64,000 nucleotides of DNA, taken from contig CANRMP010000007.1 of NCBI GenBank assembly GCA_947631765.1, positions 72,647 to 136,646 on the forward strand. The letters run 5' to 3'. The notes under the pieces were generated by a model. That model was not told the origin of the DNA and ran no database searches. It was given only the letters and a program-made list of their open reading frames with translations. This document shows, piece by piece, positions 1-7,873 of this stretch. Each line of letters starts with the position of its first letter. Position 1 is the stretch's first letter. This DNA comes from an uncultured Clostridia bacterium (GTDB lineage Bacteria; Bacillota; Clostridia; Oscillospirales; CAG-272). The position numbers were made by a program, and so were the translations under genes.

Positions 1-142
1 GGGAATGGTAATGACTCTTATCGGAGTTATTCTCATGTGCATAATAAGAGGGAAAAAAGGCTCAAAATCCGACGACGACTCCAATGAGGACAAGCAAAGA
101 AAAAGCCGTCACGGCAAGCGCCGCAAAGAAGGGAAGTGTTAA
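1..142 (+). CDS. 3-prime end of a membrane protein. Its position suggests a ResB/Ccs1-type cytochrome c biogenesis partner. Partial; the start lies outside the window.
   Basis: The open frame 2..142 ends with TAA at 140-142. The tail GMVMTLIGVILMCIIRGKKGSKSDDD...KRRKEGKC is one TM helix plus a basic tail. It stops 3 nt before the ccsA ATG. Confidence 0.35.
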   Translation, partial: GMVMTLIGVILMCIIRGKKGSKSDDDSNEDKQRKSRHGKRRKEGKC

Positions 143-145
143 AAA

Positions 146-928
146 ATGAGCACGACCTTTCTAAAAGCTTTGATAATTGTCGGCGCCGTTTTATACTACG
201 CCGCGTTTGCGACAAGCTTTTCTAATAAAAAGCAGATAAAGACCCTCTCGGATGTTTTTTGGGGGCTGGGTTTTGCGATAAGTATTTCGATTGTTATAAA
301 CAACTGGGTTGTAAACGGCTACGTGCCTTTTGTCAGCATGTTTCAGGTGCTCACCTTCCTTGGCACCTGCTACACTCCGATATATTTGTATTTCAGCTTT
401 GCGAGAAACGGCAAATGGATGCGCCCGTATTTCATGTTTGCGCCCGCCTTTATAATGACCGGACTTTGCTTTATGGACGCAAATTCCGCTTGGGAGTATC
501 CTCCTGCGCTTCAATCCCCGTGGTTTGTGCCGCATGTGCTGATGTACATGATATCGTACACATTGGGCTTTGTCGCTTTTCTTATCTGCGTCATGTCGCT
601 CTTTGCAAAGAAAAAAGAGGACAGGCTGCGGCTTGAGGAGGGAGCATACGACTGCATTTGCATCGTTTTTCCCTTTATGACCTTCGGAATGTTTTTCGGG
701 GCGATATGGGCAAACGAAATATGGGGGCATTTTTGGTCGTGGGATACCAAGGAGAGCTGGTCGCTTGTCACTTGGCTTACATATATGCTGTACCTGCATT
801 TCAGGCGGCATAAATCCACAAAAAAATATGCGAAATATGTTGCAATGATAGGCTTTGTCGGAATAATTATCACCTTCTTCTTTGTGAACATGATGAACAG
901 TACGGGAAGTCACACTTATTCAGTTTGA
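146..928 (+). CDS. ccsA: Cytochrome c assembly protein CcsA/ResC family (System II haem handling)
   Basis: This 260-aa polytopic membrane ORF carries the Trp-rich WWD signature IWGHFWSWDTKESW (about 716-760), flanked by His-containing helices (PHVLMYM, YLHFRRH). Confidence 0.85.
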   Translation: MSTTFLKALIIVGAVLYYAAFATSFSNKKQIKTLSDVFWGLGFAISISIVINNWVVNGYVPFVSMFQVLTFLGTCYTPIYLYFSFARNGKWMRPYFMFAPAFIMTGLCFMDANSAWEYPPALQSPWFVPHVLMYMISYTLGFVAFLICVMSLFAKKKEDRLRLEEGAYDCICIVFPFMTFGMFFGAIWANEIWGHFWSWDTKESWSLVTWLTYMLYLHFRRHKSTKKYAKYVAMIGFVGIIITFFFVNMMNSTGSHTYSV

Positions 929-1007
929 GTTTTAATACATACGCTTAACCTTTAATTTTGATTTTAATTCAAAGTAAATTTAAACTTTTTTAAAGGAGGA
1001 ATAATAC

Positions 1008-3299
1008 ATGGAGAACATGGAAAACAAGGCTCCGGACAACAAAAAAGCAGAGAGCACGCCGGAAAATGGCGCGCCGCAGTCCGAAAGTCCGAATTCCGCT
1101 CCCAAGCAAAAAAGCGCAAAGCCACTCTCCGGTAAGACGATAGGCATAATTGCGGCGGCAGTCGCACTTGTGGCAATTATCGTTATCGTGATTGTGGTGC
1201 TCGCTATGAAAAAAGAGCCCGAGGTGGTTTTGCCCGACGGTGATTACACCTCGCCCACAGCCCTTGCAATGTCCGAGGACGGAGAAAATCTTTACATAGC
1301 GGACGCAACCGGCCGGTTTGTCTACAAGGTACGGCTCAGCGACAAAAAGGTTATCGCCGTGTATCGCACCGAGACCTCGGTTCAGGACGTTGCCGTTTCG
1401 GGAGAGAATGTGTTTGTTGCGGAAGGAGGACTCGGCGGAAAGCTTGTCAAGCTTAATGCCGACCTTGAAAAGCAGGGCGAGCTTGTGACGGGACACACGC
1501 CGACCGATATATGCGTTGTCGGAAATGTGGCGTACGTTGCAAACCGTTTTTCAAACACTGTCAGCTCTGTTGACATATCCGCAATGACGGAAAGCAAAAA
1601 TATTGCGGTTAGCCGCGAACCCGTAACTCTCACTCTTTCGGGCAGTGATTTGTACGTTGGATGTCTTTTGACCGACGATCCCGCAAATACCAATGACACT
1701 CGCGCCAAGGTATGCGTTATAAGCACTTCCTCGGGCGAGATGACAAACGTCATTGAGCTGCCAAACGGCGCTGAAAGCGTGCGCGGAATAATTGCGAGCA
1801 GCGACGGCTCAACCGTCTACGTTTCGCATATTGTGGGGCATTATCAGCTGCCTACCACTCAGCTTGATGCCGGATGGGTAAACACCAACGTAATATCGGT
1901 TATAGATACATCAAGCAAGAGCGTCAAATACAGCTACACTCTTGACGACGTGGATCTCGGCGCCGCCAATCCTTGGGGCTTGGCGCTTTCCGAGGATGAA
2001 AAAGAGCTTTATGTTGCGATTTCCGGAACAAATCAAGTAATTGTTGTAGACCTTAACAAAATGTCAACCCTTGTAAAAGCGGTTGAAAGAGGCACGTCCG
2101 GCATTGCAAAATCTCTTGACGAAATTTTAAACTACATTAATTTCGCCTCCTCCGCAAAGACTCGTCTTGACCTTTCGGGTGCGGGTGTGCGCACGGTTTT
2201 GTGCAGCGGCAGCAAGCTGTATGTCGGCGAGTATTTTGCAGGCAACGTTGAGGTGATTGACACCGAAAGCCTTGCTATAGTTGACGCAATAACCGTCAGA
2301 GAACAGAAGGAAAATGACCCTGTGAGGCTCGGAGAGCTCAGCTGGTACGACGCCACGCACTGCTATCAGATGTGGCAGTCCTGCAACAGCTGTCATCCCG
2401 ATGCGCGTGCCAGCGGTCTTTCCTGGGATGAGCTTGGCGACGGAATAGGAACCTCAAAGCAGACAAAAACAATGCTTTTTGCTACAAGAACTCCCCCATG
2501 CCTTGCAACCGGAGTTGAGCCTAACGCCGAGCACAACGTGTTCGGAAGCGTATCCGGAACTCCTCAATGGAATTCGGGCGATGAGGCTGAGACTATTTCA
2601 AATAACATTATCGCCTTCTTGAGATCGCTCATGCCGACTGCTTCACCCTATTTGAATAACGACGGAACGCTCACAGCGGCTGCCGAGCACGGCAAGGAGC
2701 TTTTCGCGCAGTACAACTGCACGGTATGTCATCCCGCTCCCTTCTATACCGACTTGAAGCCGCATAACATGGGAACGACCGATTTTGACTCTTCGTGGGA
2801 GTACCGCGATATCGACACTCCATCTCTTGTCGAAGCGTGGAGGAGTGCTCCGTGGACCTACACAGGGCATTTTAACAGCATGGTTGACTGCGTTAAATAC
2901 TTTGCAACAAGAAACGGCGGCACCATATCGGATGCCGACGCCAACGACCTTGCGGAGTATGTGCTCTCGATAGGTGCCGAGAATGAGCAGTACAGTGTGG
3001 TTCAGATAACCAACACGGACGATTCGTACAATACCTTCGACTCCTCGCTGAACATCAAGGCAATCTCGGTTGTAAAGCAGGCGGCGGGAGCGCCAAGCGG
3101 AACTCTCACCCTTACGATATGCGATGCCGACGGCAAGGCGCTGACAAGTACCTCTATTGAGCTTAGCGAATTGAAGTACGGAGTTGTTTGTGAATTTCCG
3201 CTTGAAAGCGAGCTTTCGACCTCAGGCGGCGCATATTACACAGTAACGATAACAGATTCGGACGGCAACAAGCTTGCATCCGATTTAAAGATTGATTAA
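1008..3299 (+). CDS. Membrane-anchored beta-propeller protein with a C-terminal di-haem cytochrome c peroxidase/MauG-like domain
   Basis: This 763-aa ORF has the RBS AAAGGAGG. It begins with a Pro/Ser-rich tail and a TM helix (IGIIAAAVALVAIIVIVIVVLAM). YncE/YVTN-like repeats follow (LYIAD, VFVAEGG, AYVANRF, LYVGC, VYVSH, LYVAISG). Two CxxCH motifs are in frame: CNSCH at 2382-2396 and CTVCH at 2718-2732. The segment DTPSLVEAWRSAPWTYTGHF resembles the CCP family. Confidence 0.8.
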   Translation: MENMENKAPDNKKAESTPENGAPQSESPNSAPKQKSAKPLSGKTIGIIAAAVALVAIIVIVIVVLAMKKEPEVVLPDGDYTSPTALAMSEDGENLYIADATGRFVYKVRLSDKKVIAVYRTETSVQDVAVSGENVFVAEGGLGGKLVKLNADLEKQGELVTGHTPTDICVVGNVAYVANRFSNTVSSVDISAMTESKNIAVSREPVTLTLSGSDLYVGCLLTDDPANTNDTRAKVCVISTSSGEMTNVIELPNGAESVRGIIASSDGSTVYVSHIVGHYQLPTTQLDAGWVNTNVISVIDTSSKSVKYSYTLDDVDLGAANPWGLALSEDEKELYVAISGTNQVIVVDLNKMSTLVKAVERGTSGIAKSLDEILNYINFASSAKTRLDLSGAGVRTVLCSGSKLYVGEYFAGNVEVIDTESLAIVDAITVREQKENDPVRLGELSWYDATHCYQMWQSCNSCHPDARASGLSWDELGDGIGTSKQTKTMLFATRTPPCLATGVEPNAEHNVFGSVSGTPQWNSGDEAETISNNIIAFLRSLMPTASPYLNNDGTLTAAAEHGKELFAQYNCTVCHPAPFYTDLKPHNMGTTDFDSSWEYRDIDTPSLVEAWRSAPWTYTGHFNSMVDCVKYFATRNGGTISDADANDLAEYVLSIGAENEQYSVVQITNTDDSYNTFDSSLNIKAISVVKQAAGAPSGTLTLTICDADGKALTSTSIELSELKYGVVCEFPLESELSTSGGAYYTVTITDSDGNKLASDLKID

Positions 3300-3311
3300 G
3301 GCGGTGAAAAT

Positions 3312-6300
3312 ATGAAGCTTAAGAATTTTATATCAAACAAAAAGTCCGTGCGGCTTATTTCGGTGCTTCTCATTGTTTTCTGTATTGCCGCGATTTTCGG
3401 TGCGACTGTTTTAACGAGCAATGCCGACACCGTGACCACTATTGACAACACCGATGAGGTCAAGGCGCTTATGTCCGAGGCGACGAGCTTTATTTTGGTT
3501 CGCCACAAACAGCTCGGCGGTTCTCACTATGCCTACACAGAGGGTGTTTCGGACGACTCGGGCGAGGTCAATTTCACCCCCGGCTCGATGCTCTGTCTTG
3601 TCACCCTTTCGGTTGACGACAAAAATCCCGACAAGGTGAAGGTCAGCGAGAAGGTGCTTTTAAGGTCTCCTAACGGAGTTATAAGAGATCCCGACGTTTC
3701 GGAGGACGGGACAAGAGTACTTTTCTCGCATAAAACAAGCTCAAACGACGACTTCCATCTCTATGAAATGGAAATTGCGACAAAAAAGACAACCCAGCTT
3801 ACTTTCGGCTCCGGAGTTGCGGACATTGAGCCGGTTTACGCCGGAAACGGAACGATAATATTCAACTCTACAAGAGACATTCAAACCGTCGACTGCTGGT
3901 ATACTCCCGTTTCCAATCTGTATATCTGCAATGCTGACGGAAGCAATATCACCCGCGTAGGCTACGATCAGGTGCACACAACCTATCCGACAGCTACAAC
4001 GGACGGAAGAATTTTATATACGCGCTGGGACTATAACGACAGAAACCAGATGTATATTCAGGCTCTGTTCCAGATGTTCCCCGACGGAACCGGTCAGACC
4101 GAGCTGTTCGGAAACAACTCCAACAACCCGTCAACTCTTCTTCATACAAGAGAGGTTCCCGGAAACTCCGAAAAGTATATTACGATTGTTTCCGGTCACC
4201 ACATGTATCAGGTTGGTAAGCTTGCAATAATTGACACGAGCAAGGGAAGAAACGGCACAACTCCGGTAAGCTATGTAAGGCAGGACAACGCCACAAGATC
4301 TCTTGCCAACCAAAGCACTCAAAGCGTTGACAACACTCTCTTCCAACAAGGCGACGTTTACAAATATCCGTATGCGATATCGGAAAACCTCTTCCTTGTT
4401 TCCATGTGTAAGAATTATAACGGGGACCGTTCCGCTCCCTTTGATATAGTCCTTATGAACAGCAAAGGAAAATATCAGACTCTTGTTAAAAATCAGGCGG
4501 ATTACCCCGCAAGCCAGTTTGTACCGATAAAGAGCGAAGAGCTCTTCACCCGTTCGAGCATGGTGAGCTATGCCGAAAAGACCGGAACATACTATGTGGC
4601 TGACGTATATCAGGGTGAGCCCATGAAGGGTATTGAGCGCGGTACCATTAAGTATCTGCGCGTTGTAGCTCTGAGCTTCCGTCCCTACGCTATAGGTGCG
4701 ACCAACGGTTACGGAACCGGTTCTGCCGACCCGTATTCACCGATAGCAACCGGTAACGGTTCATGGGATGTAAAACAAGTGCTTGGAATTGTGCCTGTCG
4801 AGGAGGACGGCTCGGCGCTATTCTCCGTTCCCTCGGAAACTCCGGTATATTTCCAGCTTCTTAACGAGAACGGCGATATGATTCAAACGATGCGCAGCTG
4901 GTCGACCCTACAGCCTGGAGAATATTTCTCTTGCGTCGGCTGCCATCTTGACAAAAACTCCGCGCCTCCCACCTCTCTCACGGTAACCGATGCGATGAAG
5001 AAGGGCGTTCAAGAGCTTCAGCCCGATCTCTGGATGTCTGTTGCCGACGAGTACAAGGATTTTGATCCTTATACCGATGAATATATCGGCTTTGACTATC
5101 TCTCCGTGGTTCAGCCCATACTTGACAGCACTTGTGTAACCTGTCACAGCAATACGCAGGACGCCTTCAAGAGAATCTCCATTGGCGATCTTAACGACAG
5201 CGAAAGAGAAACCGAAAGGGCTAGCACGGTTTTCGAAACAAACGAAGAGTGGAATTTCACAAAGGCAACTCCTTCAAACGACTGGACATCTCCTTCGTTC
5301 GATGACTCTGAGTGGAGCACCTCCTTTGCTCCTTTCGGTCAGGTTGCGACAAGACCAGGCAAAATAAGTACAGTCTGGAAGGACACCGACACTCTCTGGC
5401 TTAGAAAAACATTTAATTTGACCCAGTATGACTTTGAGGCGGGTACCCTGCAATTTTATCTTGCTCATTCCGGCTCGATTACGGTCTATGTAAACGGAAA
5501 AGAAGTGTATTCTTCCTCCTCGGCAATGTCCGAGTATACGATAGTTACCGTATCGCAGGAAAGAGACGCGTTTGTACTCGGTGAAAACGTCATTGCGGTT
5601 AAAGTTACCGGAAATTCAAGCGGAAGATATTTCGGGCTCTCCCTGCGCGCCCTCCCGCCCACATCCGAAGGTTCAGTCATTGATACCAGGGTTCTTGTGA
5701 ACAAAGGCGCCGAATGGACCTATTTTGTAAGTGCAAGCGACGACTTCGGCGAAAGCGGAGCATGGACCGGAATAGACTTCAATACCTCCGCGTGGAAAAA
5801 AGCAAATGCGCCTTTGGGAGCACGTGCGACCGGTGTTGCGGGTTCGGATTGGTGCGATGAAACTCCGTACATCTGGGCAAGGTATGAGTTTAATGTTGAT
5901 GACCCTAAAGACCTTGCAAAAGTGAACATTCATATGAATGCGTGGTTTGACGATGAAGTCGTTGTGTACATAAACGGCACCGAAATATTCAGAGATTCCG
6001 GCTGGAATGACGGTTACACAAATTACGACATTGACGCTCATGTGAACTTTGTCAGCGGCAAGAATGTTATTGCCGTCAGGCTGCATCAGCACTCGGGCGG
6101 CTATGAGTGGGATGCCGAGATTGTCGCCGACATTATGGACAGCAGTGTACTTTCCTCTAACGCTCCCGTTTCATTTGAGGGTATCGGAATTTACGCCTCC
6201 AGAATGCAGAAGTATTTCCCGCTCTCTTACCTTGTTCTTACCGGTTCTAAGCCCTCCGGCGGTGTGGAATGGATAAGCGAGGTAAACAACAGATATACAA

Positions 6301-7373
6301 GATATATTTCAACCATGTCTCAATGCGAGGTCTTGGGTCCCAAATCAGCGGGCTCTACCGTTTCTCTCATTATCAGAAAGCTCCGCCAGGGACACGTTGA
6401 GGGTCTGAGTAAAGAAGAAATCGCGGCGATCTCCTGCTGGATCGACCTTGCCGTACCTTGCTTCGGTTCGTATTCGCCCGAGGGCAATACCGAATGGGAC
6501 AACGGCAATGAAAGAGAAGCTATAGAGGAGAGCAACAAGCGCCATGTTTACGAGGTTCTTGACAAGTATGCAAAGCTTGACAGGGGCGACGTTCTGCCCG
6601 AGGGCGAAATAAAGGTTGAGTACCGTTCGCAGTCCGCAACGGGTAACGGATACGCAATTCTCTACACCGATACCGGTATTCGCGTCGGCTCGACAATAAA
6701 GGTAACTCTTCCCGAGGGAGTTCATTACTTTGGCCTTATGCTCAACTCAAGGCTCGGCGAGGCTGTAATATACACCCCGAACAGCACGTTCGAAATGACA
6801 ATTCCGAACGACTTTATCAGAGCCGTGCCTCAAACGTTTACCTCCATGAATTGCAGTACGATTATGGCAAGAATCGTGACGGACGACGAGCTTAATATGC
6901 GCCGCAACCTTGCGTATAATCCCCACGATCTGGCGGCAAATCAAAACGCCTTCCCGCATGTCGAAGCAAGCACTACCCTTAACGGGCAGACGGTATACGC
7001 CGGCAGAAACGTTATCGACGGCTTCGTTGCGAATCTGAGTAAGGGCGAGTACCCCACTCAAGCTTGGGAGCCCGGAACTCTCTCCGACAGCGACTACCTT
7101 ACAATTAATTACGGCAGAGAAGTTACTCTTGACGAACTTATAATTCTCATGAGATGCGCTTCGGGTGATACCTATTTCACCTCCTGTACCGTTGAATTTT
7201 CCGACGGAACCGAAATTGTCCTTTCAATGAAACAGTCTCAACATGAACAGCATTTTGATATCGGTTCCGTGACTACCACATACGTTAAGTTCAAAAACTT
7301 CGTTAAGGCTGAGGACGATAAAACGGTCGCTATAACCGAAATTCAGACCATGGGCGTCGATAAACTCGGTTAA
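3312..7373 (+). CDS. Very large exported PD40/TolB-like propeller protein with two CxxCH motifs, two tandem jelly-roll (galactose-binding-like) modules and a discoidin-like C-terminus
   Basis: This 1353-aa ORF starts 12 nt after the previous stop. It has an N-terminal anchor (LISVLLIVFCIAAIFGATVL). Propeller-like strings include DVSEDGTRVLFSH, TTDGRILYTRWDYNDR and MFPDGTGQ, which I recall as similar to HzsA-related proteins. CVGCH lies at 4932-4946 and CVTCH at 5133-5147. Duplicated modules lie at about 5235-5650 and 5697-6140. Confidence 0.8.
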   Translation: MKLKNFISNKKSVRLISVLLIVFCIAAIFGATVLTSNADTVTTIDNTDEVKALMSEATSFILVRHKQLGGSHYAYTEGVSDDSGEVNFTPGSMLCLVTLSVDDKNPDKVKVSEKVLLRSPNGVIRDPDVSEDGTRVLFSHKTSSNDDFHLYEMEIATKKTTQLTFGSGVADIEPVYAGNGTIIFNSTRDIQTVDCWYTPVSNLYICNADGSNITRVGYDQVHTTYPTATTDGRILYTRWDYNDRNQMYIQALFQMFPDGTGQTELFGNNSNNPSTLLHTREVPGNSEKYITIVSGHHMYQVGKLAIIDTSKGRNGTTPVSYVRQDNATRSLANQSTQSVDNTLFQQGDVYKYPYAISENLFLVSMCKNYNGDRSAPFDIVLMNSKGKYQTLVKNQADYPASQFVPIKSEELFTRSSMVSYAEKTGTYYVADVYQGEPMKGIERGTIKYLRVVALSFRPYAIGATNGYGTGSADPYSPIATGNGSWDVKQVLGIVPVEEDGSALFSVPSETPVYFQLLNENGDMIQTMRSWSTLQPGEYFSCVGCHLDKNSAPPTSLTVTDAMKKGVQELQPDLWMSVADEYKDFDPYTDEYIGFDYLSVVQPILDSTCVTCHSNTQDAFKRISIGDLNDSERETERASTVFETNEEWNFTKATPSNDWTSPSFDDSEWSTSFAPFGQVATRPGKISTVWKDTDTLWLRKTFNLTQYDFEAGTLQFYLAHSGSITVYVNGKEVYSSSSAMSEYTIVTVSQERDAFVLGENVIAVKVTGNSSGRYFGLSLRALPPTSEGSVIDTRVLVNKGAEWTYFVSASDDFGESGAWTGIDFNTSAWKKANAPLGARATGVAGSDWCDETPYIWARYEFNVDDPKDLAKVNIHMNAWFDDEVVVYINGTEIFRDSGWNDGYTNYDIDAHVNFVSGKNVIAVRLHQHSGGYEWDAEIVADIMDSSVLSSNAPVSFEGIGIYASRMQKYFPLSYLVLTGSKPSGGVEWISEVNNRYTRYISTMSQCEVLGPKSAGSTVSLIIRKLRQGHVEGLSKEEIAAISCWIDLAVPCFGSYSPEGNTEWDNGNEREAIEESNKRHVYEVLDKYAKLDRGDVLPEGEIKVEYRSQSATGNGYAILYTDTGIRVGSTIKVTLPEGVHYFGLMLNSRLGEAVIYTPNSTFEMTIPNDFIRAVPQTFTSMNCSTIMARIVTDDELNMRRNLAYNPHDLAANQNAFPHVEASTTLNGQTVYAGRNVIDGFVANLSKGEYPTQAWEPGTLSDSDYLTINYGREVTLDELIILMRCASGDTYFTSCTVEFSDGTEIVLSMKQSQHEQHFDIGSVTTTYVKFKNFVKAEDDKTVAITEIQTMGVDKLG

Positions 7374-7400
7374 AAGCTTAAAATTTTAAAATATTTAAAT

Positions 7401-7433
7401 AAGAGGCTGACGTTTAAACCGCGTCAGCCTCTT
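7401..7433 (+). terminator. Hairpin terminator after the 1353-aa gene
   Basis: A 12-bp stem AAGAGGCTGACG / CGTCAGCCTCTT encloses a 9-nt loop. The T-rich stretch (TATTTTGCTTTTTT) begins only about 8 nt later, so termination may be leaky. Confidence 0.55.
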
Positions 7434-7473
7434 TGCGCGTATTTTGCTTTTTTATCGTGAGAAAAAGGGAGTT

Positions 7474-7720
7474 TCGCGCTCTGCGGAGCGCGACGAGGGC
7501 TCAGCAGCCCCTCGACCCCGCCGGCTTTTGAAAAGCCGGGGAAACAAACGGGCGCTCGTGTAGTGCTAAGATGCGCTTTGCGCCGCGACAGAGTAAATGC
7601 CTTAGGCATTTACTCCATACGGTCAGAATATATATGCGGCGTCGCAAGCAAGCTTGCACGCCGTATATATATCCCTCCCTGCAAACCTTACGGTTTGCCC
7701 CGCGGCGCAAAGCTTGGTTT
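7474..7720 (+). ncRNA. Candidate structured RNA or hairpin cluster, including a four-way junction at 7575-7713. The family is unknown.
   Basis: Six strong hairpins lie at 7474-7493, 7494-7514, 7521-7539, 7591-7615, 7628-7672 and 7681-7698. A perfect 13-bp long-range helix (7575-7587 with 7701-7713) encloses the last three. The single G7636:T7664 pair is a wobble only on the + strand. A T-tract follows at 7717-7721. Confidence 0.3.
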
Positions 7721-7742
7721 TTCGACAACATTGCATATTTAT

Positions 7743-7771
7743 TTGCCAAAAATGGAATTGTGCAATACAAT
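7743..7771 (+). promoter_or_regulatory. Sigma-70-type promoter with no protein gene downstream (candidate sRNA promoter)
   Basis: TTGCCA (7743-7748), a 17-nt spacer and TACAAT (7766-7771). Confidence 0.4.
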
Positions 7772-7813
7772 ATGATTTTTCGGTCTGAAAAAGCATAATT
7801 GCTTCGTCGAAGT

Positions 7814-7851
7814 GCAAAGCCGCTCGTTTGAAGAGCGGCTTTGCGTGTTTT
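7814..7851 (+). terminator. Intrinsic terminator oriented for the + strand. It probably also serves the convergent esterase gene.
   Basis: A 12-bp stem GCAAAGCCGCTC (7814-7825) / GAGCGGCTTTGC (7833-7844) encloses the loop GTTTGAA and is followed by GTGTTTTTG. Confidence 0.6.
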
Positions 7852-7873
7852 GCGGCGGTCATATAACGCCGAT

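Noticed and set aside
191-913. A 240-aa ORF lies fully antisense to ccsA. Similar long antisense or alternative-frame ORFs occur at 12067-12798, 53532-54173, 54122-54829, 55961-56710, 41479-42117, 30511-31161 and 10954-11535.
   Set aside because: Each overlaps a gene with clear family signatures on the other strand or in another frame. None has an RBS. Their compositions are Arg/Cys/Phe/His-rich and implausible. They are typical stop-free shadows of coding sequence.
7575-7713. A retron msr/msd-like element, an IS200/IS605-type end, or a MITE might explain the 13-bp inverted repeat that encloses the hairpins.
   Set aside because: No reverse transcriptase, TnpA/TnpB or any other transposase gene is present nearby. 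No target-site duplication flanks the repeat: the left flank is ...CTAAGATGC and the right flank is TTGGTTTTT. I keep the MITE/REP idea only as an alternative to be tested by copy-number search.
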